Source of the DNA: an uncultured delta proteobacterium
Lineage (GTDB): Bacteria; Desulfobacterota; BSN033; UBA1163
Assembly (NCBI GenBank): GCA_963708295.1
Contig: CAVPSJ010000007.1
Span: forward strand, 1-64,000
Direction: 5' to 3'
DNA: 64,000 bases
Shown here piece by piece: positions 40,933 through 51,930 of this stretch. The number at the start of each line of letters is the position of its first letter. The stretch's first letter is position 1. The translations under genes were made by a program, and so were the position numbers. The notes under the pieces were generated by a model that was given only the letters and a program-made list of their open reading frames with translations, was not told the origin of the DNA and did not search any database.

Positions 40933-41147
40933 TGTCAAATGTCAAAGTCTAAAGTCCAAATGAAATCCAAAGCTCAAATGGCAAAGAAAAAAGAGGAAGA
41001 ATGGAATAATGGAACATTGGAATACGGGGTTAAAAAAACATTCTTCGTATCTCTCTCATCATCCCTTCATTCCATCATTTCAGGACTATTTTTTATTTTG
41101 ATATTTTGTCATTCATTTGACATTTGAACTTTGAAATTTGAAATTTC
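40933..41147. repeat. Nested inverted tandem-repeat element (7-nt outer arms, 8-nt inner arms) between secA and argJ
   Basis: Outer caaatgt caaagtc taaagtc caaatga ... atttgac atttgaa ctttgaa atttgaa; inner aatggaat aatggaac attggaat ... cttcattc catcattt. Confidence 0.8.
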
Positions 41148-41154
41148 TCATTAT

Positions 41155-43830
41155 TTACGCTCTGGCTTCTTCCTCTTTGGGTAGGCAGCATCGCTTGTAC
41201 TTCTTTCCGCTTCCGCAGGGGCAGGGGTCATTCCGTCCCACTTTTTTTCCTTCCCGCCGAACCGTCACGCCTTTCCCGTCCTCCGTCTTTCCGCCCCCGC
41301 CCTCGGCTGTCTCTCCCCGGCTCATGACAAAAGTCTGTTTCCGCTCCATCTTGATTTGTTTGCCCTCTTCCTGTTCCTTGGCCATCTGAACGGCGAAGAG
41401 CTTTTCGACGGTGTCCTTTTTTATCCTGTCGAGCATCTCAAGAAACATTTGATAGGCTTCTTTTTGATATTCAATGCGAGGGTCTTTCTGACCATAACCT
41501 CTTAAACCGATCCCTTCCTTCAATTGATCAATGGCAAGGAGATGATCCTTCCAATGGTAATCAATCGATTGAAGCATGATCACCTTCTCCAGGTATCGAA
41601 GCATCTGCGCCCCAAATGCCTCCTCCCTCTTCTGATAAACGTCCTTCGCACTCTGAATGATCATGTCTGCTAACTGATCTCTCCGGATACCATTCTCCAA
41701 AGAGGGGCCGGACCACTTGAAAGAGAATTGCTGATAAACGGCGTCCTGAAGTGCCTTCAGGTCCCAATCCTCGGGGTGTTCCTTCTCATCGGTGTAGAAA
41801 TCGACGAGCCCCTCACTCTGTTCTTCAATCATCTCCGTAACCGTTTCTCTCAGGTCTTCGCTGCCCAGAACCTCTCTCCGCTGGGAATAGATGACCTCTC
41901 TCTGTTTGTTCATCACGTCATCGTATTCCAGGAGGTTTTTCCGTATCTCAAAATTATGGGCCTCCACCTTCCGCTGAGCATTTTCAATGGCCTTGGTCAC
42001 GAGTCCGTGTTCGATGGGCTGGTCTTCTTCAATCCCCAGCCGGTCCATAATCTTCGATATCCTCTCCGCGCCAAAAATCCTCAGAAGGTCGTCCTCTAAA
42101 GAAAGATAGAATCGGGAGGACCCGGGATCGCCTTGTCTCCCCGATCGTCCTCTCAGCTGATTGTCAATCCGCCTGGCCTCATGCCGCTCGGTTCCCAATA
42201 CATGGAGGCCTCCCAACTGGACGACCTTTTGTTTCTCCTTCTGAACGATGGCGGTCGTCTTTTCGTAGGCCTCTTTCGTAGCCTCCTCGGTAGGCGCCTC
42301 GCCCGCCATGGTTTTTGCCAGGAACTTGGGATTTCCCCCCAGGAGGATGTCTGTCCCTCTTCCTGCCATATTCGTCGAGATGGTGACCGACCCCACCCTT
42401 CCCGCTTGGGCGATGATTTCAGCCTCGCGCTCATGATGTTTGGCGTTCAGGACATTGTGCGGAACCCCCTGTTTCTTCAGAAGTTGACTCAGTCGCTCAG
42501 ACTTCTCAATGGAAATCGTGCCCACCAGGACCGGATGGCCGGATTGATAGAGATCTTTGATTTCCCTGACGACGGCACGAAACTTCTCATCCGAGGTTTT
42601 GTAGATGACGTCGGAGTAATTCGTTCGCCTCATGGGCATGTTCGTAGGAATGACCACGACATCCAGATTATAAATCTTGCGGAACTCCGCAGCCTCCGTG
42701 TCCGCTGTCCCGGTCATCCCGGACAACTTCTTGTACATCCGGAAATAATTTTGAAATGTGATCGTGGCCAGGGTCTGGTTCTCATTTTCGATCTTGACGT
42801 TCTCTTTGGCTTCGACCGCCTGGTGGAGGCCATCGCTCCACCTCCTCCCGGGCATCAGCCTTCCGGTGAATTCATCGACGATGATCACCTCCCCGTCTTT
42901 CACCATGTAGTCCACATCTCTCTTAAAGAGGGCATGGGCTCTCAAGGCCTGATTCACGTGGTGGAGGGTCTCGATATTTCTGGGATCGTAAAGATTTTCG
43001 ACATGAATTAATTTCTCCACGTGGGCCACTCCCTCTTCCGTCAAAAAGGCCGCGTGGCTTTTCTCTTCGAGTTGATAATCTTCCCCCTGCTTCAAAGAGG
43101 GGATGATCCGGTTGATCTTATAGTATTTATCCGTCGATTCTTCCGCAGGACCGGAGATGATGAGCGGGGTCCTGGCTTCATCAATCAGGATGCTGTCGAC
43201 CTCATCGACGACGGCATAATTCAAGTCCCGCTGGACGTAATCTTCAAGGGTGAATTTCATATTGTCCCGGAGGTAGTCGAAACCAAATTCGTTATTCGTC
43301 CCGTAGGTGATATCGCACCCGTAGGCTTCCTTCCGTTCCCGGTCGTTTAATTCGTGCAGGATCACCCCGACGGAGAGGCCCAGGAATCTATAAATCACTC
43401 CCATCCATTCGCTGTCCCTTTTCGCCAGGTAATCGTTCACCGTGACGATGTGGACCCCTTTCCTTTCGAGGGCGTTCAAGTAGGCGGGGAGTGTGGACAC
43501 CAAGGTCTTTCCTTCACCGGTCGCCATCTCGGCGATCTTGCCTCCGTGGAGAACAATTCCTCCGATCAACTGCACATCGTAATGTCTTTCGCCAAGGGCC
43601 CTTTTTGCTGCCTCGCGAACGACTGCGAAGGCTTCCGGGAGGGTCTCGTCGATGGACTCCCCGCGCTCAATTCGCTCTTTGAACTCAGCGGTTTTGGCCA
43701 CGAGACGGTCATCCGCCAGCGGACTGATCTTGTCCTCCAACTGGTTGATTCTGTCGACAAGGGGTTGAATGCTTTTCAACTCTCTTTCGTTCTTACTACC
43801 CACGATCTTCTTGATCAGTGACCCAATCAT
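41155..43830 (-). CDS. secA: Preprotein translocase ATPase
   Basis: 'MATGEGKT', '[19 protein letters not shown]', 'NMAGRGTDI', C-terminal SEC-C '[18 protein letters not shown]'. Confidence 0.98.
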   Translation of the reverse strand: MIGSLIKKIVGSKNERELKSIQPLVDRINQLEDKISPLADDRLVAKTAEFKERIERGESIDETLPEAFAVVREAAKRALGERHYDVQLIGGIVLHGGKIAEMATGEGKTLVSTLPAYLNALERKGVHIVTVNDYLAKRDSEWMGVIYRFLGLSVGVILHELNDRERKEAYGCDITYGTNNEFGFDYLRDNMKFTLEDYVQRDLNYAVVDEVDSILIDEARTPLIISGPAEESTDKYYKINRIIPSLKQGEDYQLEEKSHAAFLTEEGVAHVEKLIHVENLYDPRNIETLHHVNQALRAHALFKRDVDYMVKDGEVIIVDEFTGRLMPGRRWSDGLHQAVEAKENVKIENENQTLATITFQNYFRMYKKLSGMTGTADTEAAEFRKIYNLDVVVIPTNMPMRRTNYSDVIYKTSDEKFRAVVREIKDLYQSGHPVLVGTISIEKSERLSQLLKKQGVPHNVLNAKHHEREAEIIAQAGRVGSVTISTNMAGRGTDILLGGNPKFLAKTMAGEAPTEEATKEAYEKTTAIVQKEKQKVVQLGGLHVLGTERHEARRIDNQLRGRSGRQGDPGSSRFYLSLEDDLLRIFGAERISKIMDRLGIEEDQPIEHGLVTKAIENAQRKVEAHNFEIRKNLLEYDDVMNKQREVIYSQRREVLGSEDLRETVTEMIEEQSEGLVDFYTDEKEHPEDWDLKALQDAVYQQFSFKWSGPSLENGIRRDQLADMIIQSAKDVYQKREEAFGAQMLRYLEKVIMLQSIDYHWKDHLLAIDQLKEGIGLRGYGQKDPRIEYQKEAYQMFLEMLDRIKKDTVEKLFAVQMAKEQEEGKQIKMERKQTFVMSRGETAEGGGGKTEDGKGVTVRREGKKVGRNDPCPCGSGKKYKRCCLPKEEEARA

Positions 43831-44016
43831 AAGAAGCTTCTCTCCTCCACCTTCTTCTTTCGCACCGAAAAATTATATAACGGATGACAACGGGTTGCAA
43901 TCCCCAAAAATGAACACGATTACGAGCTGTTATCTTCGCCTTGATGCATGCCCGTCGCCTCCTCGATTGGGCCTGGCCAGTGGTAGGGAAGAAGGCAGAG
44001 ACAGGGCTGCCATACT

Positions 44017-44053
44017 TCCCCTGGCCCCTGCCCTCTCCCCCGAGGGGAGAGGG
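44017..44053. repeat. REP-like palindrome
   Basis: CCCCTGGCCCCTGCCCTCTCCCC-GA-GGGGAGAGGG hairpin. Confidence 0.55.
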
Positions 44054-44169
44054 AAAATGGCATTATCTCTTCGCTAACCTCTAGGGAAACTCAATCTTTC
44101 CGGAAAATGATCTTGACAAGAAGGGGTCTTTCATTTGAAAGATATCTTGGAAGGCATTGGACCCTCCCT

Positions 44170-45297
44170 ATGCGATTTAAGACTCCATTGATCCTACTGT
44201 CCCTATTTTTCCTTCCGTTTGGGGCGGAGATTTCAGCAAACGAAGAACCTTCGGCAGTATCTTCGGTAATCACGGTGGCGGCCGTCGGGGATATCATGAT
44301 GGGAACGGATTATCCCTCCCCGAAACTTCCAGAGAAAGACGGGAGGCTCCTTTTCGAGAAAGCAAAAGGATTTTTGAGGAGGGCAGATCTTGTCTTCGGT
44401 AACCTTGAAGGACCCCTCACCGAGGAAATCTCTCCTGCAAAAAAAGTGAAGGATGAGAAGGAAGCTTACTTCTTCCGAACGCCACAGAGGTATGTCAAGA
44501 ATCTTGTCGACGCGGGGTTTAACGTCGTTTCTCTTGCAAACAATCATGCGGGAGATTTTGGAAATAAAGGGATGTCTTCTACCAAAAAAGTCCTTGCTGC
44601 CGCCGGGATAAAGTACTCAAGCAAAGCAGGCGAGGTGGCCGAGTTTGAAATCAATGGGCTGAAATTGGGTTTGGCCGCATTCTCTTTTGGTTCGCCACCG
44701 AGGTCTATCGTATACCCTGACGAAGCGCTGGCAGAGATCGATCTCCTTTCAAAAAAATATGATCTGTTGATTCTCTCGATTCACGGAGGCAAAGAAGGAG
44801 GAACAGCCTTACGGACCGAAAACGAGTTCGAATATTTCCTCGACGAACCCAGAGGCAATCTGATTCAATTCTCTCATGAAGCGATCGAGCGGGGCGCGGA
44901 TCTTATTCTTGTACACGGTCCCCATGTTCCGAGAGCCCTTGAGATCTACCAGGACAGACTGATTGCTTATAGCCTCGGCAACTTCTGTACCTACCGGGGA
45001 ATGAGTTTAGATAAAGAAAAAGGCTATGCTCCTCTGTTATGGGTTGAATTGGGTCGAAATGGCGAGTTTGTCAGAGGAAGGATATTTTCTTTCATCCAGG
45101 TCCCTCCGGGAGGTCCTAAGAGAGACGAGGAAGAAAGAGCGTGGGCTTTGATTAAAAGACTCTCTCAAGAGGATTTCCCGGAGACGAGTCCTCTTTTCGG
45201 TGCATCAGAAATCATTCTCCCAAGGGAGAAAACTCCGGAGAGAGACGCCCCTCCCACCTCACTGCAAAGCCCGCTTTCTCCGGTGAAAACAGAATGA
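44170..45297 (+). CDS. CapA/PGA_cap family metallophosphoesterase-fold protein
   Basis: Signal peptide; 'AVGDIM', 'GNLEG', 'SLANNH..DFG', 'HGG.E', 'HGPHV', 'YSLGNF'. Confidence 0.88.
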   Translation: MRFKTPLILLSLFFLPFGAEISANEEPSAVSSVITVAAVGDIMMGTDYPSPKLPEKDGRLLFEKAKGFLRRADLVFGNLEGPLTEEISPAKKVKDEKEAYFFRTPQRYVKNLVDAGFNVVSLANNHAGDFGNKGMSSTKKVLAAAGIKYSSKAGEVAEFEINGLKLGLAAFSFGSPPRSIVYPDEALAEIDLLSKKYDLLILSIHGGKEGGTALRTENEFEYFLDEPRGNLIQFSHEAIERGADLILVHGPHVPRALEIYQDRLIAYSLGNFCTYRGMSLDKEKGYAPLLWVELGRNGEFVRGRIFSFIQVPPGGPKRDEEERAWALIKRLSQEDFPETSPLFGASEIILPREKTPERDAPPTSLQSPLSPVKTE

Positions 45298-45390
45298 TCC
45301 TAATTTGACTGGACCCCGTTTCCACCGAGGTGACAAATGAAATTCAATTTTTTTCAGAGGGGAATGGAAATTTCGCTTTAATTGGAGGGA

Positions 45391-46299
45391 TTATTCCAGA
45401 ATATATCTCGATGGGTTAACAGGAATGCCATTTATCCTCACTTCATAATGGAGATGGGGACCTGTTGACTTACCCGTCGTACCAACCTCGGCAATCTTAT
45501 CGCCCCGTTTCACCCTCTGCCCCGCACCGACTAAAATTTTACTCAGGTGATTGTGGCGGGTGATGATTCCAAATCCGTGAGAGATCACAACAACATTCCC
45601 ATAGGAAAAATCCTTGCCCGTGGCCGAAACAATTCCATCTGCCGGGGCAATCACAGGGGTTCCTTCACGATTCGAAATATCAAGACCTTCGTGCATCTGG
45701 TTTAATCCCGTAAAGGGATTGGTTCGAAAGCCAAAACCCGATGTCACCCACCCATGGACCGGCCAGATCGAGGGGGTATGGGTCAACATGTCTTTCTTGG
45801 TGAGCAAGAGTTTCTCGAGTTCGGAGAGGCTCTCTTCCTGGGTTACGGCTTCAGATTTGAGGCGCTCAACATCGGTCCTCATCTGCTGAACCAGCCCCGT
45901 TTCGTCTTTTTCCAATCTCAATTTCTCTCGGACATCGGAGGGAGAGGGTCCGCCCATTCCCACAAAGGAGGTTGTTTCCCCGCCCTTCTCCAAATTGGCA
46001 ATGATTCGAATCTTCTTATCAAAATCCTTTAATCTGGCGAGTTGTTTCTCCAGGTCTTCTATTTTCGACGAGAAAAAATGAATCTTGGTCCTCTGCTCCT
46101 CGGTTTCGTGTCGCAGTTGCGCCAGTTCAAAGCCCTTCTTCCTCACCTGGATGTAGTCACAGAAGAAGAAAATGGTGAGGAGAAGGCAAAAAGCCAGGAG
46201 ATAAAGTCCAATTTTGAACGTCTTTTTGTGTACCCTAACGTGGCGGGTCTTAGAGGTCTTCTGGCCAAAGACAAGGATATTGAAATAGTCTTTATCCAA
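45391..46299 (-). CDS. M23 family metallopeptidase
   Basis: TM + coiled coil; 'HEGLD', 'TGPHLHYE'. Confidence 0.92.
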   Translation of the reverse strand: MDKDYFNILVFGQKTSKTRHVRVHKKTFKIGLYLLAFCLLLTIFFFCDYIQVRKKGFELAQLRHETEEQRTKIHFFSSKIEDLEKQLARLKDFDKKIRIIANLEKGGETTSFVGMGGPSPSDVREKLRLEKDETGLVQQMRTDVERLKSEAVTQEESLSELEKLLLTKKDMLTHTPSIWPVHGWVTSGFGFRTNPFTGLNQMHEGLDISNREGTPVIAPADGIVSATGKDFSYGNVVVISHGFGIITRHNHLSKILVGAGQRVKRGDKIAEVGTTGKSTGPHLHYEVRINGIPVNPSRYILE

Positions 46300-46457
46300 A
46301 ATAAACTCCTTGTTTCATTGATTCACAAGTGGTATCTGAATTTACGGCCCCCATCTAAATACCAGAGTAAATATCGCCGTGTCAAGTTTTTTTTTGTCCC
46401 CTCTTCTTTCCCCGAATTCTTCCCTGGAAAGAGCGAGGAATTATATATAATTATCTT

Positions 46458-47855
46458 TTAATTTCCACTAATTACAAGCTCTTTAATCAGGAGACTTGGG
46501 GCTCCAACGGCACCAAAAAATCTGAGATCCTTCCCGACCCCGATCACCCCCCGGAAGAGTTCGAAAAGGTTCCCTGCGATGGCGACTGATTTCACCGGAT
46601 GGACCTTTTGCCCTCGATCGATCCAGTCGCCTGAACAGCCCAGAGAAAAATCTCCCGAGATGGGGTCTACGGTATGGAGGCCCATGACCTCCTCTACCAC
46701 CATCCCATGCAAAAAGCCTTCCAACAGCTGTGGTAAATCGAGGTCTCCTGGTTCAACGAAAAAGTTTGAAATCCCTACCCCGGGGGGGAATTTGATTCCA
46801 GCACGTCGACTGTTCCCCGTCGACTTTTCCTGTGACCCCGGGGAGAGAATCCTCTCCCGGTTCGCCCAATATCGATCGTATAGATAATGGGTGAGTTCTC
46901 CCCGGGTGACTAAACAGGTCCGCTGGCTCGGCATCCCCTCTCCGTCGAAGGGAGCAGTGGAAACTCCCTTTGAATAAAGTCCATCATCCACGATCGTAAG
47001 GAGGGGGGAGAAGAATTCTTCTCCTCGCTTCCCCCTCAAAGGAGATTTTCCTTTCTGGACCTGGTCAGCGAAAAAGGAATGGGCGAGAAGGGATAAGAAT
47101 TCAGCGGCCACATGATTTCGAAGAAGTACCGGATAAGCGCCCGATAGGATCCTTTTCCCGCCCAGCCTCTCCAATGCTTTCCTTCCGGCGGATCGCCCGA
47201 CTTTCTCGACATCGAGGTCCTTAAAAAAATGGCTGGCGTCGAAGTCCCAGGCCACCTCCGATTCCCCCGATGCTTCCGCCACGGCGGTGACGCTCGCTGA
47301 GGCAAGAGAGTGGGCGTAGGAGTTCCGAATCCCATTCGAGTTCACCAGGGTTGTCCTGGAGAGAACCTCCTGGTAAGAGGCCTTCCTCACCTTCTTGATC
47401 CTCTCCGGATCCACTGCCCGGGTTGACGCCTCCAAATCCTTTGCCTTTTCGATCTTCCTCTTCTCTGAAATCCCCTCCAGGGACTCATCAAAGATGGGTA
47501 ATTCGGGAAGGGGGTCTTGGAGCGCAGGGGCAAAGTCGAAGCACGGATCTGGCGAGGTCGGCTCGGCACTTCGGATCGCATCCTCTATCATCCGATCCAA
47601 CTCGTCCGAAAAATTCTGCGGGGCGGAAGAAGAAGAGGGATTGGACAGGGTCGTGTAAGAAAAGCCAATTCGTTGATGATTCAGTATACGGAAGGCCATT
47701 CCCAAGTACTGATCGGTCTGGAGGGTTTCAATCTTTCCTTCCTTTGACTCAATATCAAAATGGGAGGATTGATTAAAATAGATTTCATAGCCATCGATGG
47801 GCTTCTTCTGGAGAATCCTCAGAACCTGGTCGATGATTTCCTCGTTATAAATCAT
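46458..47855 (-). CDS. pmbA: TldD/PmbA family protein (PmbA/TldE-like)
   Basis: 'PFDGEG', 'STGN', 'ISGDFSL', 'IAGNL', 'APSL'; lacks the TldD HExxxH motif. Confidence 0.85.
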   Translation of the reverse strand: MIYNEEIIDQVLRILQKKPIDGYEIYFNQSSHFDIESKEGKIETLQTDQYLGMAFRILNHQRIGFSYTTLSNPSSSSAPQNFSDELDRMIEDAIRSAEPTSPDPCFDFAPALQDPLPELPIFDESLEGISEKRKIEKAKDLEASTRAVDPERIKKVRKASYQEVLSRTTLVNSNGIRNSYAHSLASASVTAVAEASGESEVAWDFDASHFFKDLDVEKVGRSAGRKALERLGGKRILSGAYPVLLRNHVAAEFLSLLAHSFFADQVQKGKSPLRGKRGEEFFSPLLTIVDDGLYSKGVSTAPFDGEGMPSQRTCLVTRGELTHYLYDRYWANRERILSPGSQEKSTGNSRRAGIKFPPGVGISNFFVEPGDLDLPQLLEGFLHGMVVEEVMGLHTVDPISGDFSLGCSGDWIDRGQKVHPVKSVAIAGNLFELFRGVIGVGKDLRFFGAVGAPSLLIKELVISGN

Positions 47856-47888
47856 ATCGTACCCCACTCCAATGCGTATTCACGCCTC

Positions 47889-48938
47889 TCACCATCGGAT
47901 TAGGCTGCTCGCCCAGGTGAGTCCTCCACCGAACGCGGTGAGAATGATCAAATCTCCCTTTTGAATGGATCCATCCCGAACGGCTTCGTCGAGGGCGATC
48001 GGAATGGTCGCGGATGAGATATTGGCATATTTCTCGATTGTCAGGTAGACTTTCTCCATTGGGACATCTAATCTTTTTGCGACTTGCTGAAGCATGCGTA
48101 GATTGGCCTGATGGGGAATGATCCATTTCACATCCGAAAGGCTGACACCGTTGAAGGCAGCGGCCTCTTCCGCAGCTTCTGCAAACCGTTTCACCGCCAC
48201 CCGGACCGATTCATTCGCTTTGATCATCCGAAGGGTATGGAGTTTCCTGTCCACGCTTTCGTAAGAGATCGGCGTCGTCTTTGATCCACCTCCAGGAAGA
48301 AGCAGGTTTTCACCGTTCGCCCCATCGGTGTGAATATGGACGGAAAGGATTTCGCCGACATCCCTCCCTGATTTCCGGAGAGACTGATTTCCCTTCGAAT
48401 CCTCAAAAGCTCGAAGAACGGCTGCACCCGATCCGTCTCCCCAGAGGATACAACTCTCTCGATCCGTCCAATCCAGAGTCCTGCTCATGATCTCTACCGA
48501 TGCAACCAGAGCGGTTTTGTAGGTCCCCGCTTTAAGATATTGCTCGGCGACGGAAAGACCAAAGACAAATCCGCTACACGCCGCTGTCACGTCGAAGGAG
48601 ACCGCTCTTCCCGCACCGAGTTTTGCCTCCAACCAGTTAGCGCCGGAGGGACAGGCCGTATCCGGCGTCATGGTGGTCATGATGATGAGATCTAATTCCT
48701 CGACGGGAATGCCTCCCATTTCCAGGGCACGGAGGGAAGCCTCTTTGGCAAGGTCCGAGGCATTGACATTCGGCGCCGCAATTCTTCGTTCCTTGATTCC
48801 TGTCCTTTTGTAAATCCACTCGTCATTGGTGTTCAGAGTCTTTTCCAAATCAAAATTGGTGACGGCCCGCTCCGGAAGAAACGAGCCGGTCCCCAGAATC
48901 CCGATTCTCTTGCCGCCCATCAGCGAACTCCTTTTCAC
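47889..48938 (-). CDS. fabH: Beta-ketoacyl-ACP synthase III
   Basis: 'WIYKRTGIKERR', 'AACSGF', 'PHQANLR', 'YANISSA', 'FGGGLTW'. Confidence 0.93.
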   Translation of the reverse strand: MKRSSLMGGKRIGILGTGSFLPERAVTNFDLEKTLNTNDEWIYKRTGIKERRIAAPNVNASDLAKEASLRALEMGGIPVEELDLIIMTTMTPDTACPSGANWLEAKLGAGRAVSFDVTAACSGFVFGLSVAEQYLKAGTYKTALVASVEIMSRTLDWTDRESCILWGDGSGAAVLRAFEDSKGNQSLRKSGRDVGEILSVHIHTDGANGENLLLPGGGSKTTPISYESVDRKLHTLRMIKANESVRVAVKRFAEAAEEAAAFNGVSLSDVKWIIPHQANLRMLQQVAKRLDVPMEKVYLTIEKYANISSATIPIALDEAVRDGSIQKGDLIILTAFGGGLTWASSLIRW

Positions 48939-49015
48939 TCAGATTTGAAGGGATGTTCAGCTCCTCATCCCCGCCTGCGGCAGGCACGCACACCCATCTC
49001 GTTTGGCCCAGAGAC

Positions 49016-50146
49016 TCAATTTTTGTAAATTCTCGGGACCCTTTTCCCTATCGAGCACAACACCTCATAGGGAATCGAGTTGATTTTATCTGCGATTTCC
49101 TCGGGGGTGATCTGCTCTTTGCCTTGCCGCCCCATCAATATCACTTCATCTCCTTCTGAAGCACGCGGGATATCGGTAACATCCACCATGATGAAATCCA
49201 TACAGACCTTCCCGACCACAGGTGCCCTTCTCCCGCGGATCAACACCTCTCCATGATTCGAGAGATGACGGCTATACCCATCCGCGTATCCGATCGGAAG
49301 CGTCGCGATGAGACTCTCCCGTTTTGCCTTAAATGTCCCTCCGTAACTGATCCTCGTTCCAGGTCGAACCGACTTCAAAAAATGGATGCGGGTCTTCAGG
49401 GTCATCACGGGCTTGAGCGAAATAAGAGATCGGAATGCGGGAGAAGGATACGAGCCGTATAGCATGATCCCGGGTCGAACCAGCCGGGCGGAATATGCCG
49501 GAAAAGCCGTAAGCATCGCACTGCTGGCCATGTGAAGATACGAACAGCAAATTCCCAACTCTTGGGCAGCGGCCACAGCTTCTCGAAACGCTCTCCATTG
49601 GGTTTGAGTAAAACCCTTTTCTTCGTCCGTCATTGCGAAATGGGAAAGGATGCCTTCTGCTTCAATCCTCGGGAACCGTCTCAACTCGCGCAAAAAGTCG
49701 TACCAGAGGTGGTGGGGCACCCCCAATCTTCCCATTCCCGTATCCACCTTGAGGTGGACCCTCACCTTCCTCCCGCGCCTCTCCGCTTCTCTGGAAAGAA
49801 TCTTCAAAGAATCCTTTCCGAAGACGACAGGGGTGAGGCGGAAGCGAAAAATTTGGTCTACTTTCTTTCCGAAAATCCCTCCTAATACGAGAATGGGGGT
49901 TTTCACCCCTCCCTTTCTGAGCTCCACTCCTTCTTCAGGGATTGCGACACCCAGGTATTCCACCCCCAACTTCTCCAATCGAAGTGAAACCGGAATGGAC
50001 CCATGACCATAGGCATCCGCTTTGACCACAGCCAGGAGTTTCACGCCCTCGGGAATTCTCTTCTTAATCTGCCGATAATTAAACTCCAGTGCTCCAAGGT
50101 CAACTTCCCCAACCGTCGGTCTTCCGGATGAAAGTGGCATATTCAT
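49016..50146 (-). CDS. alr: Alanine racemase
   Basis: 'AVVKADAYGHG', 'KVDTGMGRLG', 'RPGIMLYG', 'GYADG', 'VCMD'. Confidence 0.96.
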   Translation of the reverse strand: MNMPLSSGRPTVGEVDLGALEFNYRQIKKRIPEGVKLLAVVKADAYGHGSIPVSLRLEKLGVEYLGVAIPEEGVELRKGGVKTPILVLGGIFGKKVDQIFRFRLTPVVFGKDSLKILSREAERRGRKVRVHLKVDTGMGRLGVPHHLWYDFLRELRRFPRIEAEGILSHFAMTDEEKGFTQTQWRAFREAVAAAQELGICCSYLHMASSAMLTAFPAYSARLVRPGIMLYGSYPSPAFRSLISLKPVMTLKTRIHFLKSVRPGTRISYGGTFKAKRESLIATLPIGYADGYSRHLSNHGEVLIRGRRAPVVGKVCMDFIMVDVTDIPRASEGDEVILMGRQGKEQITPEEIADKINSIPYEVLCSIGKRVPRIYKN

Positions 50147-50331
50147 CACGATATCTCTAACTGTTTGAATAAGAAGAAAAAAAACATTAAACAAATAACA
50201 TCAACCCTATGGAAAGTCAATGGAAGCCATTTGCTGGGCAGGCTAGCTTTTTCTTCTGTACCCGGCGTAATTATCAACATAATGATCGACACAAAGGGGC
50301 GATTTCCGAAGCTCGCCGCCATTGGGGTGGG

Positions 50332-50462
50332 CCCCTGAAGAGGCTTCATCAGCCCACCTTCTAGGGTTTGGCTGCATCGGGCTCAAAGGAAAACTGTGGT
50401 TCAAGGTCTTGCGCGGTTCATCCTATTTCCCCCAACGCGGGCCTGATGAAGCCTCGGAGGGG
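50332..50462. other. About 130-nt region closed by a ~24-bp imperfect inverted repeat (structured RNA or MITE candidate)
   Basis: CCCCTGAAGAGGCTTCATCAGCCC ... GGGCCTGATGAAGCCTCGGAGGGG. Confidence 0.55.
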
Positions 50463-50551
50463 ATTTACCCGATCGCGGTAAGCAAAAACTGGGGTAGAGC
50501 AAGGAGAAGCCATTCTTGACAATCTCCTCCCCATCCATTAATCTGGTCTTC

Positions 50552-51379
50552 GTGAATGAACCGCCTCCCAAAAATATTCGCATCAAGATCAATGAAAAAG
50601 AAACCCCTATTCCTTCGAACACCACTCTCCTTCAACTCAAAAGTCAATTCAACCCTGATGCAGATTTGATCATTTACAACGGTTTCCCGGCCGCTTCAGA
50701 TTACCCCCTGAAACAGGATGACGAAATTATTCTCATCGAAAAAGGCAAAATTCCCTCCTCCGAGGAGTTCGAGTGTTTCATGATGGCGCGTCACACACCC
50801 GGAATTCATCAGAAAATCAAAAACTCCGTTGTGGGAATCGCCGGATTGGGAGGTCTTGGGTCGTCCGTTGCCGTTGCCTTAGCTCGTGTGGGAGTGGGCA
50901 AGCTGATCCTGGTTGACTTCGATGTGGTGGAGCCGTCCAACTTGAATCGGCAACAATATTTCGTGGACCAGATCGGAATGCCGAAGGTCGAAGCCCTCCG
51001 AAAAAACATCGCAGCCATCAACCCCTGCGTGAGGGTCGAGATCTATCAGGAAAGACTCGATCGAGGCAATGGCGAGAAAATCCTTCAGGAAGCAGAGGTG
51101 GTGGTGGAGGCTTTTGACCGCGCCGAAGAAAAGGCGATGCTGATCAACATCGTCTCAGAGAAGATGCCGGATAAATATATTGTCGCCGCATCAGGTGTCG
51201 CGGGTTACGGAGACAACAACGAGATTAAGACAGTTCGGTTCTCTTCAAAGATCTTCATTGTGGGGGACCAAAAGACAGCCGCACAACCTGGCATGGGCCT
51301 GATGGCACCACGGGTGGGAATCGCCGCCCACCATCAAGCAAACACTGTCTTGAGGATTCTCTTGGGCGAGGAGAAGTAG
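50552..51379 (+). CDS. thiF: ThiS-like + ThiF sulfur-carrier adenylyltransferase fusion
   Basis: N-terminal beta-grasp ending 'LIEKG'; 'GIAGLGGLGS', 'DFDVVEPSNLNRQ', 'APRV..AAHHQAN'. Start uncertain (50516 or 50552). Confidence 0.85.
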   Translation: MNEPPPKNIRIKINEKETPIPSNTTLLQLKSQFNPDADLIIYNGFPAASDYPLKQDDEIILIEKGKIPSSEEFECFMMARHTPGIHQKIKNSVVGIAGLGGLGSSVAVALARVGVGKLILVDFDVVEPSNLNRQQYFVDQIGMPKVEALRKNIAAINPCVRVEIYQERLDRGNGEKILQEAEVVVEAFDRAEEKAMLINIVSEKMPDKYIVAASGVAGYGDNNEIKTVRFSSKIFIVGDQKTAAQPGMGLMAPRVGIAAHHQANTVLRILLGEEK

Positions 51380-51715
51380 TTACTTCGCTATCATTTTACA
51401 ATTTCCCTCAAAAATTCCGCCGTCCTGAATCACAAAAACGGGAGTAAAAACGGTCCCGAATAACTTTCCTCTCGCATGGATCTCCATTCGCTCTTTGGCA
51501 GTTACATCTCCTTCCAAGCTGCCATTGAGGATCAGGGTTGTGGCCTCTACTTTCCCCTTAATGACCGCTGTTTCGCCTATGATTAATGTCCCGGTATGAT
51601 AGATTTCTCCCTCCACTTTCCCATCGAGGCGAAATATTCCTTCCGAATTGACTTTCCCCTTTAACAAGGAATCTTTGCCCCAAAAAACATTCATCTCTTC
51701 TGTGACTGGCTTCAT
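51380..51715 (-). CDS. Bactofilin (polymer-forming cytoskeletal protein)
   Basis: 'LDGKVEGEI...GTLIIGETAVIKG', 'G.FEGNCKM'. Confidence 0.9.
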   Translation of the reverse strand: MKPVTEEMNVFWGKDSLLKGKVNSEGIFRLDGKVEGEIYHTGTLIIGETAVIKGKVEATTLILNGSLEGDVTAKERMEIHARGKLFGTVFTPVFVIQDGGIFEGNCKMIAK

Positions 51716-51789
51716 TGTTTTAAGAAAGCTCCGGGTTCATCTTCCAAAGGGTGATTGAACTATGTGTTAGGCCATGGATATGAGTCTTC

Positions 51790-51805
51790 AGCAATATTAG
51801 TGCCA
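51790..51805 (-). promoter_or_regulatory. sigma54 promoter of the bactofilin gene
   Basis: Minus strand TGGCAC-TAATA-TTGCT, matching the consensus. Confidence 0.7.
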
Positions 51806-51930
51806 AATTTTCTTAAATTCTCTTTTTCCTAAACGGACCGGATTCTAAGGGTTTCCCTGATTCATCGCCCGGCCCCGGTGGAAAATTTATAGCCACCGGT
51901 GTCCGTTTTGTTCAAATTTGGGTTGATCTG

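Noticed and set aside
41728-43821. Long plus-strand ORFs opposite secA (similar cases opposite argJ, pyrF and recN)
   Set aside because: Antisense shadows of conserved genes with no motifs.
50295-50515. TPP riboswitch, 6S RNA or hammerhead ribozyme
   Set aside because: No GCTGAGA/ACCTGA TPP core; shorter than 6S with the motifs in the wrong order; CTGATGA is not followed by stem II-GAAA in register.
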